Assembly: GCA_014653715.1 (NCBI GenBank)
Contig: JACWEB010000003.1
Span: 1-61,716 of the forward strand
Direction of reading: 5' to 3'
From: Pelagibacterales bacterium SAG-MED31
Lineage (GTDB): Bacteria > Pseudomonadota > Alphaproteobacteria > HIMB59 > GCA-002718135
Length of the DNA stretch: 61,716 nucleotides
Under the pieces are notes generated by a model. It was given only the letters and a program-made list of their open reading frames with translations, did not search any database and was not told the DNA's origin. Both the position numbers and the translations under genes were made by a program. Below, piece by piece: positions 40,797 through 51,514 of the stretch. The stretch's first letter is position 1; every line of letters starts with the position of its first letter.

Positions 40797-41918
40797 ATGC
40801 AGATATCAGCATTAAAAGAAGTATCTATTGAGGAAAACAGAGTATCATTAACGCCTGATGCAATAAAATTATTTCAACGACTTGGTTTAGACGTTTTAAT
40901 TGAGGATGGTGCTGGTAATAATTCAGGCTATCCGAACAAACTTTATGAAGAAAATGGAGCAAAAATTGTATCCAGAAATGAATGTCTAAAAGCTAATATT
41001 TGTCTGTGTGTTAAAATTCCTAAAGAGGAAGATTTAAATTTATTAAATGAAAACACAGTTTTAATTGGAATTTTAAACCCTTATGAAAATAATAAATATT
41101 TTAATACCTTAAATAATAAAAAAATTATATCCTGTTGTATGGAGTTAATTCCTAGAATCAGTAGAGCTCAAAGTATGGATGTGCTTTCTTCTCAAGCAAA
41201 CCTAGCTGGCTATAGAAGTGTAATAGATGCTGCTGAACAGTTTGGTAAAGCTTTTCCAATGATGATGACGGCAGCAGGCCGTGTAAATCCAGCAAAAGTT
41301 ATGGTCTTAGGTGTAGGAGTTGCTGGTTTGCAAGCTATTGCAACTGCAAAAAGATTAGGTGCTGTTGTTTCTGCAACAGATGTTAGGTCTGCCACTAAAG
41401 AACAGGTAGAAAGTTTAGGTGGAAAATTCATTATGGTTGAAAATGAAGATTCAATAAACGCTGAAACAGATGGTGGATATGCCAAGGAAATGAGTGATGA
41501 ATACAAAAAAAAACAAGCTAAACTTATTGCTGAGACTATTGCCAAGCAAGATATAGTTATTTGTACCGCATTAATCCCCGGTAAGACTGCTCCAGTATTA
41601 ATTTCTCAAGAAATGGTTGAATCCATGGCTTCAGGATCAGTAGTTGTCGATTTAGCCGTAGAGGCTGGGGGAAATTGCCCTTTAAGCAAGTTAGGTGAAG
41701 TTGTTTATCATAATGGTGTTAAAGTTATTGGGTATGCAAATGTACCAGGAAGAGTTGCAAAAGATGCATCTGCTTTGTATGCAAAAAATATTTTTAATTT
41801 CTTGTGTTTAATTATTGATAAGGAAAATAAAAAAATTACTTTTAATTGGGAAGATGAAATAGTTAATGCAGTTGTATTAACAAATGAAGGAAAATTGAGA
41901 TTGGAACAGTTTAATTAA
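40797..41918 (+). CDS. pntA: NAD(P) transhydrogenase alpha subunit, part 1
   Basis: RISRAQSMDVLSS, GVGVAGL, GGYAKEM, TALIPG, GGNC. Confidence 0.95.
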   Translation: MQISALKEVSIEENRVSLTPDAIKLFQRLGLDVLIEDGAGNNSGYPNKLYEENGAKIVSRNECLKANICLCVKIPKEEDLNLLNENTVLIGILNPYENNKYFNTLNNKKIISCCMELIPRISRAQSMDVLSSQANLAGYRSVIDAAEQFGKAFPMMMTAAGRVNPAKVMVLGVGVAGLQAIATAKRLGAVVSATDVRSATKEQVESLGGKFIMVENEDSINAETDGGYAKEMSDEYKKKQAKLIAETIAKQDIVICTALIPGKTAPVLISQEMVESMASGSVVVDLAVEAGGNCPLSKLGEVVYHNGVKVIGYANVPGRVAKDASALYAKNIFNFLCLIIDKENKKITFNWEDEIVNAVVLTNEGKLRLEQFN

Positions 41919-41919
41919 T

Positions 41920-42234
41920 ATGGAAGCACATAGTTCTGAAGTTTTTGTTATAGGGTTAACAGTTTTTTTTCTAGCGTGTATTATTGGTTACTATGTAGTT
42001 TGGTCAGTAACCCCTGCATTACATAGTCCTTTGATGGGGGTTACAAATGCTATTTCTAGTGTAATAATAGTTGGTGCTATTCTTGCAGCAGGACCAATAG
42101 GTCACGACATATCAAAATTTTTTGGCATTATTGGAGTTGTGTTAGCTTCGATTAATATTTTTGGTGGTTTTATAGTTACTTACAGAATGCTGTCTATGTT
42201 TAAGAAAAAACCTAAAAAAGAAAAAAAGGATTAA
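41920..42234 (+). CDS. pntA: NAD(P) transhydrogenase alpha subunit, part 2
   Basis: VTPALHSPLMGVTNAIS, NIFGGFIVTYRML. Confidence 0.95.
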   Translation: MEAHSSEVFVIGLTVFFLACIIGYYVVWSVTPALHSPLMGVTNAISSVIIVGAILAAGPIGHDISKFFGIIGVVLASINIFGGFIVTYRMLSMFKKKPKKEKKD

Positions 42235-42238
42235 GTTG

Positions 42239-43630
42239 ATGTCAGCAAATATGGTTGCAGTTTTATACTTATTATCAGCACTATTATTTATATTTGCTTT
42301 AAGAGGTTTATCACATCCTGAATCTTCAAGACTTGGAAATATTTTTGGAATTGTTGGCATGGTTATAGCCATCATTACAACCTTAATGTTTAAATCCGTT
42401 CTTAGTTATACAGAAATTGGCGCTGCTATCCTTATAGGTGGTGCAATTGGTACATTTATAGCACTTCGTATAGAGATGACTGCATTACCACAATTGGTTG
42501 CTGCATTTCATAGCTTAGTTGGAATAGCGGCTGTTTTTGTTGCTGCTGCCGCATTTTATGATCCTGCATCTTTTGGAATTGGAAATTTTGACTCAATTGG
42601 AACAAGTAGCTTAGTTGAAATGAGTATAGGAACTTTTATAGGCGCCATAACATTTTCTGGATCAATCCTCGCATTTGGTAAACTGCAAGGAACTGTCTCA
42701 GGCAAACCTATAGTTTTTAAATTCCAACATACAATTAATGCTCTAATCTTACTATTTATTGTGGCTCTGATTGTGATGTTTGTAATTAATCAATCACCAA
42801 CTATTTTTTGGTCAATTGTTATAGTTTCAATAATCTTAGGATTCCTTGTAGTAATTCCTATTGGAGGTGCAGATATGCCAGTTGTAGTTTCGATGCTCAA
42901 TTCATATTCTGGATGGGCTGCATGTGGAATTGGCTTTACTTTAAGCAATAATCTTCTCATAATTACTGGAGCTCTAGTTGGAGCGTCAGGAGCTATCCTT
43001 AGCTATATAATGAGCAAAGGAATGAATAGATCAATTATTAGTGTTGTACTCGGTGGTTTTGGTGGAGAACAAGCAGCTAGTGCTACCAGTGATAACTCTG
43101 ATAAAATAGTAAAACAGGGCAATGCTGAAGATGCAGCTTATATTATGAAAAATGCGGATTCAGTTATTATTGTTCCGGGTTATGGCATGGCAGTAGCCCA
43201 AGCACAACATGCCTTGAGAGAGATGGGTGAAATACTTAAGAAAGAAGGAATTAATGTTAGATATGCAATTCATCCTGTGGCAGGAAGAATGCCGGGACAT
43301 ATGAATGTTTTATTAGCTGAAGCAAATGTACCTTATGAAGAGGTTTTAGAATTAGATGAAATAAATCATGATTTTCCAATGACTGAAGTATCGTTTGTAA
43401 TAGGTGCTAATGACGTTACAAATCCTGCTGCCAAAACTGATGAGGCATCCCCAATTTATGGTATGCCTATTCTTGATGTTGAAAAATCACAAACTGTACT
43501 ATTTATTAAAAGATCGATGGCAACAGGCTATTCTGGTGTTGATAATGAGCTGTTTTACAGGGACAATACTACTATGTTATTTGGTGATGCAAAAAAAATG
43601 TGTGAAGATATTGTTAAAAGTTTAGCTTAA
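42239..43630 (+). CDS. pntB: NAD(P) transhydrogenase beta subunit
   Basis: [47 protein letters not shown]. Confidence 0.97.
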   Translation: MSANMVAVLYLLSALLFIFALRGLSHPESSRLGNIFGIVGMVIAIITTLMFKSVLSYTEIGAAILIGGAIGTFIALRIEMTALPQLVAAFHSLVGIAAVFVAAAAFYDPASFGIGNFDSIGTSSLVEMSIGTFIGAITFSGSILAFGKLQGTVSGKPIVFKFQHTINALILLFIVALIVMFVINQSPTIFWSIVIVSIILGFLVVIPIGGADMPVVVSMLNSYSGWAACGIGFTLSNNLLIITGALVGASGAILSYIMSKGMNRSIISVVLGGFGGEQAASATSDNSDKIVKQGNAEDAAYIMKNADSVIIVPGYGMAVAQAQHALREMGEILKKEGINVRYAIHPVAGRMPGHMNVLLAEANVPYEEVLELDEINHDFPMTEVSFVIGANDVTNPAAKTDEASPIYGMPILDVEKSQTVLFIKRSMATGYSGVDNELFYRDNTTMLFGDAKKMCEDIVKSLA

Positions 43631-43824
43631 GAGTTGTTTCTTCGAGCAGTTTTCCTTGATCTTCTAATATTTTCTTCCTTTTCTCTTGCTCTTTTTAAAC
43701 AGGGCTTTTCAAAATGTTTTCTAAGCTTCATTTCTTTATAAAGTCCCTCTCTTTGCATCTTTTTTTTAAGACTTCTAATAGCCTGCTCTACATTGTTATC
43801 TTTTACGTTTACAAATAGTGTCAT
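43627..43824 (-). CDS. rpsU: 30S ribosomal protein S21
   Basis: [26 protein letters not shown]; start ATG 43824. Confidence 0.93.
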   Translation of the reverse strand: MTLFVNVKDNNVEQAIRSLKKKMQREGLYKEMKLRKHFEKPCLKRAREKEENIRRSRKTARRNNS

Positions 43825-43921
43825 AATTGGCTGGCCATTTAACATATACTTCTAGTTAATGCAAATAATGAAATTTTTTTAAAAGATTGGTATAATCAAC
43901 TTTTATGACTATATATTTTAC

Positions 43922-44458
43922 GTGGCAATATTGAAAATAGCAAAGTTAGGTCATCCCATTTTAGTAAAAAAAACTAATGAAATTAATAACTTAAATGAAG
44001 TTGACTTAAAAAAAATTGTTTTTGATATGTCAGAAACAATGTTAGATGCAAATGGTATTGGGCTGGCAGCTCCTCAAGTTCATTTATCACACAGAATGTT
44101 TTTATATAGAAACCCTGATATAGAAGAAGCTGTTAAGATTAATATTTCAGTTTTAATCAATCCATTAATAGAAAATATTTCAAATGAAACAGAAGATGAC
44201 TGGGAGGGATGTTTATCTATTCCAGGTATGTTGGGTTTGGTTAAACGATATAAACATATAAAATACACAGCACTAGACCTTAATGGAAAACAGATAGTTG
44301 GAGAAGCTGAAGGATTGCATGCAAGAGTCATTCAGCATGAATTTGACCATCTTAATGGTATTTTATACATTTCTAGATTGTCTCATAAAAAAGCTTTTGG
44401 ATATTCGGAAGAAATAGAAAAATTTTGGAAAAAGGCAACTAATGAAAAACCAAAGTAA
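43922..44458 (+). CDS. def: Peptide deformylase
   Basis: GIGLAAPQ, EGCLS, QHEFDHL. Confidence 0.96.
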   Translation: MAILKIAKLGHPILVKKTNEINNLNEVDLKKIVFDMSETMLDANGIGLAAPQVHLSHRMFLYRNPDIEEAVKINISVLINPLIENISNETEDDWEGCLSIPGMLGLVKRYKHIKYTALDLNGKQIVGEAEGLHARVIQHEFDHLNGILYISRLSHKKAFGYSEEIEKFWKKATNEKPK

Positions 44459-45080
44459 CTATCTTAAAAATAAAAGACTTAAAATATTGCAATTATCAAA
44501 AAAAATAATTGCTGAAGAAGGACTCACTTCTCAAATATTTGAAAAAATTTCTACTAAATATAACATAGATATTAATGAAATTAATTTATTATTTCCTGGT
44601 GGCAAGAGTGATTTTTTAAAGTTTGTGTCAGAGCAATTAAATATAGAGCTAGAAGAAACTTGTAAAAAATTTGATTTACTAAGAATGCCAGTTCATAAAA
44701 GAATTAAAAAAATATTACTTTCAAAAATATACTTAATGGAAAAAGAAAAAAATTTTTATAAAAAAATTTTTTTTAACCTTTTGATATCTAAAAAAAATAT
44801 CTCTTTTCCAAATCAGCTTTATAAAAGTGTTGATCAAATATGGTATATTGCCGGAGATACATCTGTAGATTTTAATTTTTATACCAAAAGATTAATTTTA
44901 GCGGGAGTTTACTCAAGAGTTATTCTTTACTTTTTTAATAATAATAATCAAAAAGAGCTTGAAGAGATTTTAGACTTAAGTTTAAAAAGAGTTGCAAAAA
45001 TTCCAGAATTAAAATCTAGAATAAATTTATTTAAAGATTACGTTCCTAAAGTATTTAAATTTTTAAAGAATTCTATTTAA
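44442..45080 (+). CDS. COQ9 family ubiquinone biosynthesis protein
   Basis: VDQIWYIAGDTSVDFNFYTKR; typical position near rpsU. Confidence 0.85.
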   Translation: MKNQSNYLKNKRLKILQLSKKIIAEEGLTSQIFEKISTKYNIDINEINLLFPGGKSDFLKFVSEQLNIELEETCKKFDLLRMPVHKRIKKILLSKIYLMEKEKNFYKKIFFNLLISKKNISFPNQLYKSVDQIWYIAGDTSVDFNFYTKRLILAGVYSRVILYFFNNNNQKELEEILDLSLKRVAKIPELKSRINLFKDYVPKVFKFLKNSI

Positions 45081-45277
45081 GCAATATTATCTGGCTCTAA
45101 ATCATTTCTTATATGCGCTATTTTATCTTTTAAAACTAGTTTTCTTTTTTTCAATCTTTGAATTTGTAAAAAATCTACAGTTTGTTTTTCTTGTAATTGT
45201 ATTAAAACTTGATCAAGATCTGAATGCTCTTGTTCGTACTCTTTTAATTTATTTATTAATTTACTATAATTACTCAT
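45077..45277 (-). CDS. DUF465/YdcH family small coiled-coil protein
   Basis: EHSDLD, IQRLKKRKLVLKDKI, PDNIA. Confidence 0.85.
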   Translation of the reverse strand: MSNYSKLINKLKEYEQEHSDLDQVLIQLQEKQTVDFLQIQRLKKRKLVLKDKIAHIRNDLEPDNIA

Positions 45278-45322
45278 AAAATTAAAAATTTATCTTATAA
45301 TATAATAGTATATAAGCCCGTC

Positions 45323-46408
45323 ATGGTAAAAAAAATAGGTATTTTAACAAGTGGTGGTGACTGTGCAGGTCTCAATGCGGTTATTAGGGCTGTAACTCTT
45401 CGTGCTACTAATGAATACGGTTGGAAAGTTTATGGATTAAGAGATGGAACTCTAGGTCTTATGAAAGATCCCATTGATGTAGTTGAATTAAAGCCTGACT
45501 TTTTTGATGGAAATTTAATGAGAATGGGAGGGACTTTTTTGGGCTCTAATAATAAAGGTAATCCGTTCGGCAAAATAAAAAAAGATGGTAAACTATTCGA
45601 CTCTTCAGAAATTATTTTAGAAAATTACAAAAAATTAAAATTAGATGCACTAATTGGTATAGGTGGAGATGGCAGTCTTAAAATTCTTCAAGAATTAACA
45701 AAAAAAGGAAATATAAATTTTATAGGAATTCCTAAAACTATTGATAATGATGTAAAGCATAATGAGCTGTCTATTGGATATGATACAGCTGTTGATGTAG
45801 CTACTAATGCTCTAGATATGCTTCAACCAACAGCAGCTAGTCATAGAAGAGCAATGATACTTGAAGTAATGGGAAGAGATGCTGGACATATAGCTCTAAA
45901 TGCAGGGATTGCCGGTGGCGCAGATGTAATTTTAATTCCAGAGATACCATATTCAATAAAAAGAATTGCTAAACATATTGATAATATACGAAGTAAAGGA
46001 AGAAACCATGCTCTTATAGTTGTGGCAGAGGCAGTCAAAAAAGAAGATGGAAGAAAGGTAACCGTTAAATTTGTTGATGGAGAAGTAAGATTAGGTGGTA
46101 TTGGCACATATTTAGGTGACGAAATTTATAAACTAACCAATGCTGAGACTCGTGTTACAGTTCTTGGTCATGTTCAAAGAGGTGCTCAACCTACACATAG
46201 AGATAGATTAATCGCAAGTGCTTTTGGTGTTAAGGCAGTTGATTTGATAGCAAAAAATAAATATAATAGAGTTGTGGTTTGGCAAGATAGAAGTGTAAAA
46301 GATGTTGCTTTAAATGATGTTGCTGGAAAATCTCAGACATTAAGTAGATCTGATCCTCTAATAGAAGTAGCTATAGGATTAGGAATTTATATAGGTGAAA
46401 TTAATTAA
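45323..46408 (+). CDS. pfkA: 6-phosphofructokinase
   Basis: LTSGGD, GGTFLG, GGDGS, PKTIDND, EVMGR, LGHVQRG. Confidence 0.94.
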   Translation: MVKKIGILTSGGDCAGLNAVIRAVTLRATNEYGWKVYGLRDGTLGLMKDPIDVVELKPDFFDGNLMRMGGTFLGSNNKGNPFGKIKKDGKLFDSSEIILENYKKLKLDALIGIGGDGSLKILQELTKKGNINFIGIPKTIDNDVKHNELSIGYDTAVDVATNALDMLQPTAASHRRAMILEVMGRDAGHIALNAGIAGGADVILIPEIPYSIKRIAKHIDNIRSKGRNHALIVVAEAVKKEDGRKVTVKFVDGEVRLGGIGTYLGDEIYKLTNAETRVTVLGHVQRGAQPTHRDRLIASAFGVKAVDLIAKNKYNRVVVWQDRSVKDVALNDVAGKSQTLSRSDPLIEVAIGLGIYIGEIN

Positions 46409-47169
46409 AAATTTCCAATTTTCTTCCACAAATAAAAATACATTTTATAAGGTAGAATTCTTAATATTTTTATAAAAAACACTATTGTAAAAGGAAAATA
46501 AATTTCAAACCTTTTTTTAGAAACCAAACCTTTGTATATTTTTTCAGCTGCAAAATCTGCAGACTTTAAAAAAGGCATTTTAAAAGAGTTTAATCTCGTA
46601 GACTCGGTATCAATAAAACCTGGATTGATAATTCTGATAGAAATTTTAATTTTTTTAAAATCAAAAAATAAACTTTCTGAAAGATTTAATTGGGCTGCCT
46701 TAGTCATCCCATAAGCCCCTGAAGTTGGCCAGCCTCTATATCCAATTGGTGATGATACTATTGCTATAGTATTTCCTCTATTTTTCATAACATCTTTAAG
46801 ATTATCTATGCAATAAAGAGTACCTTTTAAATTAACATCAATCAGTAATTCATAGTTATTTATATCAAATTCTTGATTTTTGTTTGGAGAATAAGCAGCA
46901 GCATTCAAAAGTGCTGTATTAATTTGTCCAACTTGATTTTCAATAAAGGAAATTGTTTTTTTAACTTCATTTTTATTGGTTATGTCACATTTAATAACAT
47001 AGAGATTTTTAATATTTAAATTGTTACTAAGTTTTTTTTTAGCAATATCCAATTTATTATTATTACTTGAACTAATAACAACAACCCAATTATTTTTTAA
47101 GTAATATTTTGCTGTAGCAAATCCAATTCCTGAAGAACCTCCTGTAATCCATATTATTTTGGAGGACAT
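46405..47169 (-). CDS. Short-chain dehydrogenase/reductase
   Basis: TGGSSGIG, YGMTK, PGFIDT; start ATG 47169. Confidence 0.9.
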   Translation of the reverse strand: MSSKIIWITGGSSGIGFATAKYYLKNNWVVVISSSNNNKLDIAKKKLSNNLNIKNLYVIKCDITNKNEVKKTISFIENQVGQINTALLNAAAYSPNKNQEFDINNYELLIDVNLKGTLYCIDNLKDVMKNRGNTIAIVSSPIGYRGWPTSGAYGMTKAAQLNLSESLFFDFKKIKISIRIINPGFIDTESTRLNSFKMPFLKSADFAAEKIYKGLVSKKRFEIYFPFTIVFFIKILRILPYKMYFYLWKKIGNF

Positions 47170-47852
47170 TATTCTTCCCAATCACTTCTTATGATTGTTA
47201 TAGTTTTTTTGTCATTGGGATTTTGAAATTCCATTTTTAAAAGCTCATCGTTATGATACCATAGAGTGTACTCAGGAAAAGGTCCTTTATCTTTGGGGTT
47301 TATAGAAGCATTAAAAACAAATTTTTCTGCGTAGACTTTAAAATTGTTAATTTGTATTTTTTCTTCTGTCATTTGTTTAACATTAATTTTTCTTACTATT
47401 CCTTTTTGGGTATCAAAGACCTCTTTTTCTGAGAGCATTTTCTTATTCCAATAATTAAGAGGTAAAATATTTTTATCTAACTTAAGTAAACCATCCATTC
47501 CAGTAGCTATAAAATGTCCATTTTCATCTTTACCATCAATTTTATATTCTCTACTGTCTTCAAAGTCAGTAAAGCCATCTATTGATATAAAATCACCATT
47601 TCTCCAGAGTTCTTTTGTTTCCTGAAAGAATTTATATGCAGGAATAAACAAGATCTTGACTTCAATATCTAATACTGAATGTAAAATTAAGTCTTCTTTC
47701 TGAATTATGAATTTTGTTGTTAAACTTCCAATTATTTTATTTTTTCTTAATACATCGAAACTAACTTCTCTATCATCTGGTATTGGAAAGCTCTGTGCAC
47801 TAAGTGAAAATATATAAAAAATAAAAAATATAGTTAGCAGTAAAATTTTCAT
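47169..47852 (-). CDS. Exported beta-rich protein (DUF6134-like)
   Basis: Signal peptide; FDVLRKNKIIG, ELWRNG, PLNYWN, LWY pattern. Confidence 0.6.
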   Translation of the reverse strand: MKILLLTIFFIFYIFSLSAQSFPIPDDREVSFDVLRKNKIIGSLTTKFIIQKEDLILHSVLDIEVKILFIPAYKFFQETKELWRNGDFISIDGFTDFEDSREYKIDGKDENGHFIATGMDGLLKLDKNILPLNYWNKKMLSEKEVFDTQKGIVRKINVKQMTEEKIQINNFKVYAEKFVFNASINPKDKGPFPEYTLWYHNDELLKMEFQNPNDKKTITIIRSDWEE

Positions 47853-48571
47853 GCTTTAATTCTTAATGTTGATCTACCTCCATCAATATGAAATATTTGA
47901 CCAGTAATCCAGTTATTTTTTTCACTTAAAAGAAAACTTGATAAATCTCCAAAATCTTCGCCTTGTCCTATTTTTGGTATTGGATGCATATTTTCTATTG
48001 CTTTTCTTATAGTTTCATTACTAATCATTTTTTGTGACATTTTTGAGTCAGTTAAGCTGGGTGCTATGCAATTTACCCTTATTTTTGGACTAAACTCTGC
48101 AGCTAAACTAAGTGTTAAGCCCTCAATTGCACCCTTTGAAGAAGATACTACTGAATGATTAGTGAAGCCTTGTTGCACAGCAACTGTTGAAAAGAGAAGA
48201 ATTGAACCATTATTTTTGGTGAGTGTTTGTAAATTTGATTTAATTGCATTTACAGCACCTAATGTATTTATTTTAAAACTATTAATAAAATCCTCATCTT
48301 TAGATATTTTAAGAGGTTTTAGATTAATAGATCCAACGCAGTAAGCTAAGCCAAAAACTTCATCATTATATTTTTTCGATATTTCTTCAATTTGATTATT
48401 ATTTAAGACATCACAAATTTCATAATCACAACTAATTTTTTCAGATTTATCAATTAATTCTTCTTTATTACGAGATATAATTACTGGCGAATAGCCATCC
48501 ACACTCATTTTTTTAGCAATAGAATAACCAATTGCTCCTGTACCTCCAAATATAAGTATTTTTTTGCTCAT
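47849..48571 (-). CDS. Short-chain dehydrogenase/reductase, atypical active site
   Basis: GGTGAIG, RVNCIAP, ITGQIFHIDGG; YxxxK replaced by HSVVSSSK. Confidence 0.88.
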   Translation of the reverse strand: MSKKILIFGGTGAIGYSIAKKMSVDGYSPVIISRNKEELIDKSEKISCDYEICDVLNNNQIEEISKKYNDEVFGLAYCVGSINLKPLKISKDEDFINSFKINTLGAVNAIKSNLQTLTKNNGSILLFSTVAVQQGFTNHSVVSSSKGAIEGLTLSLAAEFSPKIRVNCIAPSLTDSKMSQKMISNETIRKAIENMHPIPKIGQGEDFGDLSSFLLSEKNNWITGQIFHIDGGRSTLRIKA

Positions 48572-48572
48572 A

Positions 48573-49616
48573 TTAAACTCCTTTTAATGTTGATTTGAAA
48601 TAAGCTAATAATAAAATAGTTAGTAATAGTATTGAGTTTGCTTGATGCAAACTAGCGTATTGTATTGAAACATTAGATAATAATGCCATTATACCTAGAA
48701 AAAATTGTAAACACAAAATTAATAAAACTAGAAATATAATTACTTTTGACAAATTTATAAATTTATTTATTAACAAAAAAGCAAAAAGTGAAAAAGTATA
48801 AACAAAAGTTAATGTAGCAATCCATCTATGGTTAAAATTTATAGTTACTGTATTCTCAAATAAATTTAATACACCCAAGTCTTCGAGGTAAATATCATCA
48901 GGAATAATTTTACCATTCATTAAAGGATATGTATTAAAAGATTGACCTGCATGAGAACCTGCCATGAAACCACCACTTAAAATAGTTACAAAAACAAGAA
49001 TTATAGAGATAAATATTAAGAGGCTTTTGGATTTAAAGTTTATAAAATTATTATATTTGATATGAAAGTATTCGACACTAGTCCATAATAATAAAGAATA
49101 TATTATAATTGCATTAGATAAATGAAATGTTAACCTGTAAGAACTCACATATGGATCATTTTGAAGTCCACTTTTTACCATCCACCATCCTACTACGGCT
49201 TGCAAAAAACCTAAGCAAAGAATAAGAGTAAATCTTTTATATAAATATATGTTTAAGTACTTTTTGAATACGAAGTAGGTAAATGGAATAAAAAAAACCA
49301 CCCCAATAAATCTTGCAAAGAATCTATGAGACCATTCCCACCAAAAAATATATTTAAATTCATCTAGGCCCATATTTGTATTTACATAAATATATTCTGG
49401 AGTGAGTTGATAATCACTGAATACTTCCAGCCATTGACTTTTGTTTAATGGAGGGATGGTACCAAGTAATGGTCTCCAATCTACCATTGAAAGTCCTGAA
49501 TCAGTTAATCTTGTGAGACCCCCAACAATAATAATAAGAAATACCATTATTGTTAATAGAATTAACCACAACATAACGGATTTATGACAGTTTATGTTAA
49601 GTTCAGTAAATTGCAT
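48573..49616 (-). CDS. ctaA: Heme A synthase (COX15/CtaA)
   Basis: GGLTRLTDSGLS, WWEWSHR, GWWMVKSGL, YRLTFH, FNHR, LHQ. Confidence 0.95.
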   Translation of the reverse strand: MQFTELNINCHKSVMLWLILLTIMVFLIIIVGGLTRLTDSGLSMVDWRPLLGTIPPLNKSQWLEVFSDYQLTPEYIYVNTNMGLDEFKYIFWWEWSHRFFARFIGVVFFIPFTYFVFKKYLNIYLYKRFTLILCLGFLQAVVGWWMVKSGLQNDPYVSSYRLTFHLSNAIIIYSLLLWTSVEYFHIKYNNFINFKSKSLLIFISIILVFVTILSGGFMAGSHAGQSFNTYPLMNGKIIPDDIYLEDLGVLNLFENTVTINFNHRWIATLTFVYTFSLFAFLLINKFINLSKVIIFLVLLILCLQFFLGIMALLSNVSIQYASLHQANSILLLTILLLAYFKSTLKGV

Positions 49617-49668
49617 AAAAGTTAATATATTGTATAGAAATAGTAATAAAAGTTGTTATTTAAATCCC

Positions 49669-50685
49669 ATGATAGAAAAAACTGATGTTATAATTATTGG
49701 AGCTGGGCCTGTAGGGTTATTTGCTATTTTTGAGCTAGGATTACTTAATATTTCATGTCATGTAATAGATAATTTAGATAAACCAGGAGGCCAATGTGCT
49801 GAACTTTATCCAGAAAAGCCAATTTATGATATTCCATCAAGGGTATCTATTACAGGCCAGCAACTAACAGACGACTTATTGGAACAAGCTAAGCCGTTTA
49901 ATCCGGTATATCATTTAAATCAACAAGTTGAAAAAATAAACAAACTGGATACTGATGAATGGTTAGTTGAGACAAATCACAATAAAAAAGTTAAAGCAAA
50001 GTGTATTGTAATTGCAGCTGGCGCAGGGAGTTTTGTCCCACGTAAAATACCTCTTGAAAATATTGCACATTTAGAAAATATAAATATTCTTTACGCTGTA
50101 AGGAATAAATCTATTTTAAAAAATAAAGATCTGTTAATTATTGGTGGCGGCGATTCTGCCTTAGATTGGACAAATGAATTATCAAAAATTGCTAATGTAA
50201 CTTTAATGCATAGAAGGAAAGAATTTAGGGCTGCTCCTGACTCAGTATCAAAAATGTTAGAATTAGAAAAAGATAAAAAAATACATTTCTTACTTGGTCA
50301 AATAAATGAGATTCAAGATTTAAAAAACAACAAAATTAATGTTTCAGTAAAATATAATGATAAAATAAAGACTTTTGAAGTTGATTATTTGTTACCATTT
50401 TTTGGGTTAAAAATGGATTTAGGATCAATTTCTAATTGGGGGCTTAATTTAAATGAGAATTTAATTTCTGTTGATACAGAAAAATTTCAAACCTCAGTAC
50501 CCTCAATTTTTGCAATTGGAGATATCAATACCTATCCTGGAAAATTAAAATTAATATTGTCAGGTTTCCACGAAGCAGCTCTTATGGCTCAAGAATGTTT
50601 TAAATACTGTTTTCCGGATAAAAAAAACGTATTTCGTTATACAACATCATCTAAAGATCTTCACAGGAAACTAAATATTGTATGA
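49669..50685 (+). CDS. Ferredoxin-NADP+ reductase, TrxB-like type
   Basis: IGAGPVG, GGQCAELYPEKPIYDIP, GGGDSALDW, HRR, YPGKLKLI; no CxxC; start ATG 49669. Confidence 0.9.
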   Translation: MIEKTDVIIIGAGPVGLFAIFELGLLNISCHVIDNLDKPGGQCAELYPEKPIYDIPSRVSITGQQLTDDLLEQAKPFNPVYHLNQQVEKINKLDTDEWLVETNHNKKVKAKCIVIAAGAGSFVPRKIPLENIAHLENINILYAVRNKSILKNKDLLIIGGGDSALDWTNELSKIANVTLMHRRKEFRAAPDSVSKMLELEKDKKIHFLLGQINEIQDLKNNKINVSVKYNDKIKTFEVDYLLPFFGLKMDLGSISNWGLNLNENLISVDTEKFQTSVPSIFAIGDINTYPGKLKLILSGFHEAALMAQECFKYCFPDKKNVFRYTTSSKDLHRKLNIV

Positions 50686-50990
50686 AGTTAAAAGTTACTG
50701 ACAGAGAAGGAAATAAACATGAATTAGAGGGAGACAGTGAATCTACTATAATGGAAATTTTAAGAGATTCAGGTCTTGAGATTGAAGCGTCATGTGGTGG
50801 TTGTTGTGCATGTGCCACATGCCATGTGTATGTAGATGAAAAATGGTTAAATAAAATACCTCCAATAGATGATGATGAAGAATCCATGCTTGATCAAGCG
50901 TTTGATGTAAGAATTTCATCAAGATTGAGTTGTCAAATTAGTCTATCAGAAGAGTTAGACGGTATTGAATTAGAGCTGGCACCAGAATAA
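50682..50990 (+). CDS. fdx: [2Fe-2S] ferredoxin (adrenodoxin type)
   Basis: CGGCCACATCHV, SRLSCQ. Confidence 0.93.
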   Translation: MKLKVTDREGNKHELEGDSESTIMEILRDSGLEIEASCGGCCACATCHVYVDEKWLNKIPPIDDDEESMLDQAFDVRISSRLSCQISLSEELDGIELELAPE

Positions 50991-51025
50991 AATAAAAATT
51001 AAAAAATACTTTACATTTCAACAAT

Positions 51026-51054
51026 GTTTGTATACAAATAGTTTGTATACAAAT
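51026..51054. promoter_or_regulatory. Tandem palindromic operator (2 x TTTGTATACAAA) overlapping the MarR-gene start
   Basis: GTTTGTATACAAAT at 51026-51039 and 51041-51054; each contains a perfect 12-bp palindrome. Confidence 0.75.
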
Positions 51055-51514
51055 GGCAGACACTTCTCTAAATGAGAATAGAATAGGATTATTAATTTGG
51101 CAGACATCCAATCTGTGGCAATCAAGAATTCGTAAACAGATTTCTAAGTTTAACCTATCTTTTAATGAATATTTAATTTTAGAAACTATATATAATTTGT
51201 CTAATTTTTTATCTGATATTAGTCAAATAGATATAGTTAAGCACTCTTTTATTGATAAATCAGTTGTAAGCGCCAAATTGACACAACTAAATAATAAAAA
51301 ATTAATTAAAAAAATGACTCCAAATGATAACAGGTCAAATAAAATAGTTTTAACAAGTGATGGAAATATTATTGTAAAAAAGATTATTCATGATGTAATC
51401 GAAATGGAGAATATTTTTTTTGGTAAATTGAATCAAGAAAGTTTTAATTTCATTAATTCTTTAAAATTGTTATTGGGTAAAAAAATAAGGATTAGAGCAA
51501 ATTATAATGAGTAA
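51053..51514 (+). CDS. MarR family transcriptional regulator
   Basis: SQIDI, IDKSVVS, L-x4-LI, DNRS, LTSDG winged-helix pattern. Confidence 0.85.
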   Translation: MADTSLNENRIGLLIWQTSNLWQSRIRKQISKFNLSFNEYLILETIYNLSNFLSDISQIDIVKHSFIDKSVVSAKLTQLNNKKLIKKMTPNDNRSNKIVLTSDGNIIVKKIIHDVIEMENIFFGKLNQESFNFINSLKLLLGKKIRIRANYNE

